From an uncultured bacterium (GTDB lineage Bacteria > Verrucomicrobiota > Kiritimatiellia > PWTM01), in NCBI GenBank assembly GCA_937139365.1, contig CAKZPT010000062.1, forward strand, positions 5,422 through 69,421: DNA of 64,000 nt, written 5' to 3'. Both the position numbers and the translations under genes were made by a program. Under the pieces are notes generated by a model. The model worked only from the letters and a program-made list of their open reading frames with translations. It did not search any database and had not been told where the DNA came from. Below, in pieces: positions 57,654 to 64,000 of this stretch (the first letter of the stretch is position 1; every line of letters begins with the position of its first letter).

Positions 57654-57991
57654 CGTTCACCTCCCTGGGCATCCCGGCACGGGACTTCCGAGCAAATGCA
57701 CCGGAGAAGCTTCAGCGCGCGCCGGTCCGCCACGCGGTACCAGACCTCCCGTCCGCGCCGCTCGGCCGCCAGCAGGCCCTCGCGCCGCATCCGGTTGAGA
57801 TGTTGTGAGGACGCCGCCGCCGCCAGGCCGATCGCATCGGCCACCTCGCCGACCGGCGCCTGCCGCCGCTCCCGCAGGACCTCGAGGATCCGAAGCCGCA
57901 GCGGGTGGGCCATCAACCGCAGCGTCTCCGCCACCCGCGCCAGCTCCCCCGCCGGGATAACCGCGCATCCGCCTGAATGTGCACGTATCAT
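57650..57991 (-). CDS. ArsR/SmtB-family metal-responsive transcriptional repressor
   Basis: LRLMAHPLRLRILEVLRERRQAPVGEVADAIGLAAAASSQHLNRMRREGLL (wHTH). The stop overlaps the czcC start. Confidence 0.8.
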   Translation of the reverse strand: MIRAHSGGCAVIPAGELARVAETLRLMAHPLRLRILEVLRERRQAPVGEVADAIGLAAAASSQHLNRMRREGLLAAERRGREVWYRVADRRALKLLRCICSEVPCRDAQGGER

Positions 57992-58001
57992 GATATCATT
58001 A
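57983..58001. promoter_or_regulatory. Overlapping palindromes GTATCATGATATCATTATA (ATCATGAT / TGATATCA) in the AT-rich arsR promoter region; candidate ArsR operator
   Basis: A perfect 8-bp palindrome ATCATGAT (57987-57994) overlaps TGATATCA (57992-57999). It covers the arsR ATG and sits in the only AT-rich stretch between arsR and the divergent tRNA-Pro. Confidence 0.35.
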
Positions 58002-58084
58002 TATCTCTATCTTTGAAGATGTCAAATGCGCGCGCATCGGGCTTGAATCGCGGCTCGAGGCGGGCTAGGCTTGGTGCCTTGGAT

Positions 58085-58161
58085 CGGGGCGTAGCGCAGA
58101 CTGGTAGCGCGTTTGGTTCGGGACCAAAAGGTCGTGGGTTCAAATCCCACCGCCCCGACCA
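58085..58161 (+). tRNA. tRNA-Pro (anticodon CGG)
   Basis: CGGGGCGTAGCGCAGACTGGTAGCGCGTTTGGTTCGGGACCAAAAGGTCGTGGGTTCAAATCCCACCGCCCCGACCA. Acceptor CGGGGCG/CGCCCCG, anticodon loop TTCGGGA, T-loop TTCAAAT. The CCA end is encoded. Confidence 0.9.
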
Positions 58162-58367
58162 GCCTTCGCCGGCCGCCCGCGCGACGGGTGGGTCGGCGGC
58201 ATGCGCGCGGCCGGGTCATGCGCAGGCCGCAAACAGAGCGGCGTCGATCCCGCAAGATGGACGAGAATCGCCCCTCGGAAAAACAGCCCTCTCCGGGCCC
58301 CTGGCGACGCTTGCCCCGCCTCGCTCGGAGCGGTAAAAAGTAGGTCGCCGCCGGGACGGGCGTCACC

Positions 58368-58865
58368 ATGCGCATCATCTTCATGCGACACGGAATCGCC
58401 GCCGACGCCTCTGAGCAGCCAGCCGACGAGCTTCGGCCGTTGACCTCCGAAGGCGAGGAGCGCACCCGCCAGGTGGCGCGGGGCCTGGCCGCGATCGGCG
58501 TCCGGCCGGCCCTGGTCGCCACCAGCCCCCTGCTGCGCGCCCGCCAGACCGCCGAAATCGTCGCCGAGGAGCTGGCGGAGGACGCCGAGGTCGCGGACCT
58601 CGCTTGCCTGCGGCCGGGCGGCAACTACGCCGAGTTCATGCACTGGCTCGAACACCTCGACCGCGACGAGCTGTTGGTCGTCGGCCACATGCCCGACATC
58701 GCCGAATTTGCCCAACGGTGCCTGACGGGCCGGGTCCTGTTTTCGATGACGTTCAAAAAGGCGGCCGCCTGCTGCGTGGAGTTCGAAGGGGAACCGGCGG
58801 CCGGCCGCGGCTGCCTCGAATGGCTGATGCAGCCGTCCGCGCTGCGGCGACTCGCCCGAAAGTAG
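58368..58865 (+). CDS. sixA: Phosphohistidine phosphatase SixA (histidine-phosphatase superfamily)
   Basis: MRIIFMRHGIAAD...LTSEGEERTRQ (the RHG catalytic motif); 165 aa. Confidence 0.8.
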   Translation: MRIIFMRHGIAADASEQPADELRPLTSEGEERTRQVARGLAAIGVRPALVATSPLLRARQTAEIVAEELAEDAEVADLACLRPGGNYAEFMHWLEHLDRDELLVVGHMPDIAEFAQRCLTGRVLFSMTFKKAAACCVEFEGEPAAGRGCLEWLMQPSALRRLARK

Positions 58866-58871
58866 ACGCCG

Positions 58872-60386
58872 ATGACCCCCGCTTTGGTTGAGCGCGAGGT
58901 CAAACTCGCCGCGCCGACGGCCTCGAGGTTGCTCTCGTTGCCGGACCGCCTCCGCGAACTGGGCCTGCAGCCGGGTCCCGGCCGCGTGCGGCAGTTTCAT
59001 GACCTGTACCTCGATACGCCGGACCGTTGGCTGGCCCGCGCCGGTCTCGGCTTCCGGTTGCGCCGTGGGCATCGCCGGTGGGTCGCTGCGCTCAAGTCGT
59101 CAGCCCGCAGCCCGGACCGCGTCGAACGATTTCAAATGGAGGAGGCCATCCCCTCGCCGCCGCGCGCCTGGCCCTCGCCGGCGCCGGGACGCCGCCTTCG
59201 CGCCTGGCTACGCGCGGCCGGCGCCGGTGACGCGCGGCTGTCGCCCGTGGCGGAACTGAAGGTCCGGCGCGCCGAATGGCCCTGCCGCGACGACGATAAC
59301 CGGCGCTACCTCGTCTGCGCCGATTCGGTGCTCGCGGTCGTCGGCGGTCACCGCGTCCGGTTCGCGGAAGCGGAGATCGAGGCCGTCTCGCCCGCCGTTC
59401 CGCTGCGACGGATCGCCCGCCGCCTGTCCCGCGAGACCGGCTGGCCGATCGTGACGGCGTCGAAGCTGGAACGCGCGCTGGCGGCCGCCGACGCGCTGCC
59501 CGCCCTGCTGAAGCCCGCACGACCAGAGGTCCGCCCGGACGATCCCCCCGTACGCGCGGCGGCCGCCTTCCTCGAGGCATACTGGCGTCAGTATCTCCGC
59601 AACGTTCCCGGCGCCGGCGCGGGGGCGGACCCCGAATATCTACACGACTTGCGCGTGGCCATCCGCCGACTGCGGGCGGCGTACGCGGCTTTTCGCCCGC
59701 GGTTGCCGCCGCGGTTTCGGCCGCTGTTCTGCGATCTGCGTCGGGTGGCCCGGGCGGCCGGCGCGGTGCGTGACCTCGACGTCGCCATCGAACAGCTGGC
59801 CGATGTGGCGCCCAAACTGCGCCGGCCACATCACCGCGCCGCCGCCCGGCTGATCGGCGAGCTTTGGGCCGCGCGGGCCCGCCGTCATGCACGCCTCCGC
59901 CGGCTGCTGGCGGGCGTCGACCACCGGCAGCTCGTGCGCCGTTTCGAGCGCGCGCTCCTTTTCCTGCGCCGCGCAGACGACAATACGGCGGACGAAACCC
60001 TGATCACGTACCTCACCGCGGTGGCGACGTCCGCCGGGCGCAAGGCGTCCAAGGCCGTGGCGCGACTGCACAAGCGGAGTCCGGACGTGGAGTTCCACTC
60101 CGCACGCATCCGCTGCAAGAAATATCGCTACCTCCTCGAATTCCTTGCCGCGGCCGTGGACCGCAGGTCGTTGCGAAAGGACCTCGCCCGCCTGGTGAGG
60201 CTTCAGGACACCTTCGGGCAACTGCAGGACGCCGCGGTGCTGCGGCGGTTGCTGGAGGACCTCGGCGCGGGAACCCGCTCGCGTCGCCGGCGCGCGTTGA
60301 CGGTGGCGTTCGGCCGCCGGGTCGAACGCCGGATCCGCCGCGCGCGACGCAAAGCGCTCAAACTGGCCGCCCTCGGGGTCCCCTGA
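58872..60386 (+). CDS. CYTH-domain plus CHAD-domain protein (inorganic triphosphatase-like)
   Basis: N-terminal CYTH (VEREVKLAA...FHDLYLDTPD, the ExExK motif). The C-terminal CHAD is Arg-rich helical (HDLRVAIRRLRAAYAAF...KKYRYLLEF). Confidence 0.8.
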   Translation: MTPALVEREVKLAAPTASRLLSLPDRLRELGLQPGPGRVRQFHDLYLDTPDRWLARAGLGFRLRRGHRRWVAALKSSARSPDRVERFQMEEAIPSPPRAWPSPAPGRRLRAWLRAAGAGDARLSPVAELKVRRAEWPCRDDDNRRYLVCADSVLAVVGGHRVRFAEAEIEAVSPAVPLRRIARRLSRETGWPIVTASKLERALAAADALPALLKPARPEVRPDDPPVRAAAAFLEAYWRQYLRNVPGAGAGADPEYLHDLRVAIRRLRAAYAAFRPRLPPRFRPLFCDLRRVARAAGAVRDLDVAIEQLADVAPKLRRPHHRAAARLIGELWAARARRHARLRRLLAGVDHRQLVRRFERALLFLRRADDNTADETLITYLTAVATSAGRKASKAVARLHKRSPDVEFHSARIRCKKYRYLLEFLAAAVDRRSLRKDLARLVRLQDTFGQLQDAAVLRRLLEDLGAGTRSRRRRALTVAFGRRVERRIRRARRKALKLAALGVP

Positions 60387-60404
60387 GCGGGGCGGAGCGG
60401 TCGT

Positions 60405-62228
60405 TCACGGCTCCCGTGGCACGTGGAGCCGGGCGGCGGCGGGGTCGAGCCGCAACGCCCGCTCATACGCGGCGCGCGCGGCCGCCGGGTCGCCCAACCG
60501 CTGGTAGGCAATGCCGAGGTTGTGCCATGCGGGCGCGTGCTCCGGCTGCAGCCTCACCACTCGTTCCAGCCGCTCTTGCGCCTCCTTGACATCGCCAAGG
60601 CGCAAGAGCACCGTGGCCAGATTGTAGTCCGCGTCGACCAACTCCGGCCGGGCAGCCAGCGCGGCGCGATAGCCGGCGATGGCGTCGTTCGTCCGGCCGG
60701 CGGCGAGGTCGAGGTTGGCCCGGCCGAGCAGCGCGCCGGCGTGGTTCGGGGCCATGGCTAGGACGGCGTCGAATTCGCGTCGGGCCTCCTCGGCCTGGCC
60801 GAGCCGTCCGAGCAGCGTGGCGCGTCCGGCGAGCGGCCCCGGCAGGGCGGGGTCGGCCTCGACGGCCGCGGTGAAATGCTCCAGCGCGCCAGCCGGGTCG
60901 CCGGCCTCCTCGAGGGCGTGGGCGAGGTTGTTGTGCGCGATCGCGCAGTCCGGATACAAGCTCAGCACATGCCGCCACAGCGTCAGGCTGTCGCGCCAGA
61001 CCGCGATCTGGTCGCGCGTCCGCGCGGCGCAGATGCCGAGCACAATCAGCACGGCGGTGAAGCCGAGGGTCCGGGTCAGCCGGCCGGCCGCCTCGCGTGC
61101 GCGCCCGCGACGGCCCAGCCTCAGCAGCCCCGCCGCCACGGCCGCGGCCACTGGCCAAGCGGCCAGATAGGTGTACCGATCGGCGACGAACTGCGGTCCG
61201 GCCTGCGCGATCCCCAGCACGGGCGCCAGCGACACCACGCTCCATCCGGCCGCGGCGGCGGCCGGCGGATGGCGACGCGCCACGATCGCTACGCCGGCCA
61301 GCCCTGCCACCGCCACCAACGCCGGGATCCAGTGGCCCGGCACCGCCGGATCGTACGGCCGCGGCAGGGGATAAAGCGGAGAAAGACGAAACGGCGCGAG
61401 GGTGCGCCCCGCGTACCACCCCAGCGCGTGCCCCGCCTGCACCAGCCGCGCCATCGCTCCATGGACGGACCACGGGATCATCGCCCCCGACGACAGGGCC
61501 GCCACGGCCGACACCGACGCCACGGCCGCAGCCGCCAGCCACAGCCACCAGGTGGCCCGCCAGCGCCGCCGCCAGCCGCCGCCCGGCCGCGCCACGGCGT
61601 CGACGATCATCAGCAGCGCCGGCAGCACCATCGCCTGGGCCTTGGCGAGCATCGCGCCCAGGGCCCAGGCGGTCGCCCCGGCGCGCCGCCACGGCCCCGG
61701 CGGCGCCGACGGCTCCGGCCCGAGCCAGACGAACACCGCCGCCGCCGCCGCCGCGGCCGACAACGCATCGCGGCGCGCGGTCGCCCACGCCACCACCTCG
61801 ACCCGTTGCGGATGAAGCGCCCACAGCAGCGCGCCGGTCGCGCAGGCGATCTCCAACGCCGGGGAGGAATTCCCGCCGCGGCGCAGCCACCGCATGAGGA
61901 TTCCCGTCAGGAGCGCCGTGGTCACCGCATGAAGCACCGCGTTGCCGAGGTGGACGCCGGCCGCATTGAGGCCCCACAATGCGTGGTCGATGGCGTAGGA
62001 CATCCATGTCAACGGCTGATAGTGGCCGAGCCGGAACGAGGTCCACATCCACCGCAGGTGGTCCGGCCCCAGCCCCCGCCATTGGGCGTGCTCGAGGAGC
62101 AGCTCGGCGTCGTCCCAGTTGGTCCAGCCGTTCCGGATCACCGGCAGGACGACGACGAAGGCCACTAGGGCGGCCAAGGCGGCGGCCAGTCGGCGGCGGC
62201 CGCCGGCGTCCGGCGGTACGCCGCTCAT
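60405..62228 (-). CDS. GT-C-fold membrane glycosyltransferase (PMT/ArnT/TMTC-like) with C-terminal TPR repeats
   Basis: ORF 60405..62456, trimmed to the ATG at 62228 (MSGVPPDAGG..., ATGA overlap with the GT2 stop). About 11 TM helices with a DE-type loop (NWDDAELL) typical of GT-C enzymes, then four or more TPR motifs (AHNNLAHALEEAGD..., AWHNLGIAYQRLGD...). Confidence 0.75.
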   Translation of the reverse strand: MSGVPPDAGGRRRLAAALAALVAFVVVLPVIRNGWTNWDDAELLLEHAQWRGLGPDHLRWMWTSFRLGHYQPLTWMSYAIDHALWGLNAAGVHLGNAVLHAVTTALLTGILMRWLRRGGNSSPALEIACATGALLWALHPQRVEVVAWATARRDALSAAAAAAAVFVWLGPEPSAPPGPWRRAGATAWALGAMLAKAQAMVLPALLMIVDAVARPGGGWRRRWRATWWLWLAAAAVASVSAVAALSSGAMIPWSVHGAMARLVQAGHALGWYAGRTLAPFRLSPLYPLPRPYDPAVPGHWIPALVAVAGLAGVAIVARRHPPAAAAAGWSVVSLAPVLGIAQAGPQFVADRYTYLAAWPVAAAVAAGLLRLGRRGRAREAAGRLTRTLGFTAVLIVLGICAARTRDQIAVWRDSLTLWRHVLSLYPDCAIAHNNLAHALEEAGDPAGALEHFTAAVEADPALPGPLAGRATLLGRLGQAEEARREFDAVLAMAPNHAGALLGRANLDLAAGRTNDAIAGYRAALAARPELVDADYNLATVLLRLGDVKEAQERLERVVRLQPEHAPAWHNLGIAYQRLGDPAAARAAYERALRLDPAAARLHVPREP

Positions 62229-62938
62229 GTCAACGGCTCCGCCGGCGGCGAGCGCAGGCGGCGGCTGCGGTACCAGCAGAACCCGAACAGGTCGAATACA
62301 GTGCGCGGCAGCCGGCGCAGGTTTGTGTACTTCGACGCGCCGCGGGTCCGCGGACGGTGGTCCACGGGCAGCTCGATCACCCGGCGGCCGTGGAGGCGAA
62401 AATAGGCCGGCATGAAGCGGTGAACGCCGTTGAGCGGCGGCAGGTCGGCCCGGCATTCGTTCCGAAAGGCCTTCAGGCTGCAGCCGGTGTCGCGGACGCC
62501 GTCATGGGTGAACCGGTTCCGAACGGCGTTGCCGATCCGCGAGGCGACGCGACGCGACCACGAGTCGCGGCGGCGGGCGCGGTAGCCGCAGACGACATCG
62601 GCCTCGCGCAGGGCCTCCACGAGGCGGGCGATGTCGGCCGGGTTGTTCTGCAGGTCGCCGTCCATCGTGACGAGCACCTCGCCGCGGGCGGCGGTCAGGC
62701 CGGCCAGCATGGCTGCGCTCTGCCCCTGGTTCGTCGGGAAGCGCAGGCCTCGCACGAAGGGATAGCGCGCGGCAGCCTCGCGGACGCGCGCGGGGGTCTC
62801 GTCCGTGGAGCCGTCGTCCACGAAGATCGCCTCGATCGGTCCGAGGGCGGCTTCCACGGCTGCCAATTCTTCGGCCAGCGGCAGGACGTTGTCGGCCTCG
62901 TTGTAGACGGGCACGACGATGGACAATCGCAGCGGCAT
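62225..62938 (-). CDS. GT2-family polyprenyl-phosphate glycosyltransferase (DPM1/ArnC/GtrB-like)
   Basis: LSIVVPVYNEADN, DDGSTDET and VTMDGDLQNNP (the DxD region) are canonical for Dpm1/ArnC-type GT2 enzymes; 237 aa. Confidence 0.85.
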   Translation of the reverse strand: MPLRLSIVVPVYNEADNVLPLAEELAAVEAALGPIEAIFVDDGSTDETPARVREAAARYPFVRGLRFPTNQGQSAAMLAGLTAARGEVLVTMDGDLQNNPADIARLVEALREADVVCGYRARRRDSWSRRVASRIGNAVRNRFTHDGVRDTGCSLKAFRNECRADLPPLNGVHRFMPAYFRLHGRRVIELPVDHRPRTRGASKYTNLRRLPRTVFDLFGFCWYRSRRLRSPPAEPLT

Positions 62939-63080
62939 GTGCGGGTTGTCACCAGATCGTAGGGGTGGCGCGCGAGCGCGGCAAGGCCGATGACAGGGCG
63001 CGACGGCGGCGGAGCCTCATTTGTCGCGAGCGGAAGGGCCGTGGTAGGCTGAGCGGCAACACATCGCCATCGGGCTATGC

Positions 63081-64000
63081 CATGCCAAACACCGGCCAAT
63101 TTCCGGTCCTGGTGGTGGACGATGAGCCGTCCGTCGCCGAGGTAATGCGGCGTCACCTGGCCGCCGGCCTGCCGGAGCGGGAGATTCTGACCTGCACCCG
63201 CGCGGACCTCGCAATTGAGCTGGTGACGACGATGTCGTTTTCCGTGGTGCTCTGCGACCTGCAGATGCCGGGCCTCACCGGCATTGAGATCCTGGCCGAG
63301 GCGCGTCGGCGAAACCCCGCGACGGTGGGCATCCTCGTCACCGGCCAGGCGACGAAGGAGGCGCTGGTCCAGGCGGTCAATCAGGCGCAGGTGTGGAAGG
63401 TCATCGAGAAGCCGTGGGCGCCGGAGGCCCTGGTGGGATGGGTGCGGGACGCTTGTCGTCTGCACGACGAACGGCGGTCGGCGGAGGCGCCAGCGGAAAA
63501 GGCCGGACCGGTCGAGAAGAAGCCGGCCGAGGCGGCGGCACCGAAGAAGGTGGTGCGATTGCCGCCGCCTAAGAAGGCGGCGGTGATTCGGCCGCCAAAG
63601 ATCGAGCGCCCCGCGGCGGCCGTGCCGGCGGGGGTGCATCCGACGTTCGCGCCGCCGATCCCGATCCCCAAGGTGGCCGCCCGCTACGTGGACCTCAAGT
63701 TGGTCCACCCCGGCGGTCTGGGGGCCGTGTATCGTGCCCGCGACACGGCGGCCGGGCGGATGGTCGCGCTCAAGGTGATCGCGGCGCGACTGGCGGCCGA
63801 CGAAACGCTCCTCGAGCAAATGACCGCCGAGACCACGACCGCCTCCCGGTTGAACCATCCAAATCTCGCGAGGGTCCTCGGCCTCGAGCGGAACGGACCG
63901 GTGGCCTATTTGGTCGAGGAATACGTCGAAGGCCAGAACCTTCGCCGTGTCGTCGCCCGCCACCGCGGTCTGCCGGCCACGGCGGTGGCCGTGGTCGCTT
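63081..64000 (+). CDS. Partial (3' end beyond window) response-regulator receiver domain fused to a Hanks-type Ser/Thr protein kinase domain
   Basis: Manual translation from the ATG at 63081: MPNTGQFPVLVVDDEPSVAEVMRRHL...VLCDLQMPGLTGIEIL...KPW (receiver: DD, D, T, K). A Pro/Lys-rich linker follows. Then the kinase: LVHPGGLGAVYRARD (G-loop), RMVALKVI (VAIK), and NLARVLGLERNG...YLVEEYVEGQNL. Absent from the ORF track because there is no stop within the window. Confidence 0.8.

Noticed and set aside
60463-62168. ORFs 60463..62082 (-), 60876..62168 (+), 61097..61897 (+)
   Set aside because: Alternate or antisense frames over the GT-C/TPR glycosyltransferase.
62695-63963. 422-aa minus-strand ORF
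   Set aside because: Antisense to the GT2 gene and to the receiver-kinase gene, which has clear motifs.

Overview
High-GC (about 68-70%) bacterial chromosome segment with gene content reminiscent of the PVC superphylum (many prepilin-type N-terminal proteins, DUF1080 domains, secreted sugar-phosphate isomerase, beta-helix/CBM6 protein). All homology calls below rest on recognisable sequence motifs only, with no database search. From left to right the window holds these blocks: (1) a Bat-type operon: partial DUF4381-like lipoprotein, DUF58, a small hypothetical protein and MoxR. (2) A decayed accessory tract of about 6 kb ending at tRNA-Phe, with an S9 peptidase pseudogene, a MITE-like 26-bp repeat triplet, an intact secreted beta-helix/CBM6 protein, a DUF59 fragment, a transposase C-terminal relic and a DUF1080 fragment. 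(3) M20 peptidase, SGNH hydrolase, ArsB/NhaD permease and RbsD/FucU. (4) A conserved minus-strand housekeeping block: sigma70-apt-coaD-yceD-rpmF-plsX-fabH-fabD-fabG-acpP-fabF plus a Gly/Tyr-rich small protein. (5) A single 2.2 kb ORF that fuses LMW-PTP, RpiB and serine hydroxymethyltransferase in frame. (6) A frameshifted PQQ-propeller pseudogene, a sialidase-like fragment, tRNA-Lys, an LpxL-type acyltransferase and an EEP nuclease. (7) A translationally coupled amino-sugar salvage operon: ASKHA kinase, MurU-like nucleotidyltransferase, AmgK/NahK-like kinase and an SSF transporter. (8) A shattered glycoside-hydrolase pseudogene, two pseudopilins, family-B DNA polymerase, lptD and H+-pyrophosphatase. 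(9) Four envelope-type hypothetical proteins, a low-GC pilin-like gene and a frameshifted tandem DUF1080 gene. (10) A secreted isomerase, FmdB, thioredoxin, DUF2892 and small Cys-motif ORFs. (11) An ArsR-CzcC-CzcB-CzcA efflux operon, tRNA-Pro, SixA, a CYTH-CHAD protein, a GT-C/TPR plus GT2 glycosyltransferase pair, and a receiver-Ser/Thr-kinase fusion running off the right edge. No rRNA and no CRISPR array were seen. Many long ORFs in the six-frame track are antisense or alternate-frame artefacts of the high GC content.
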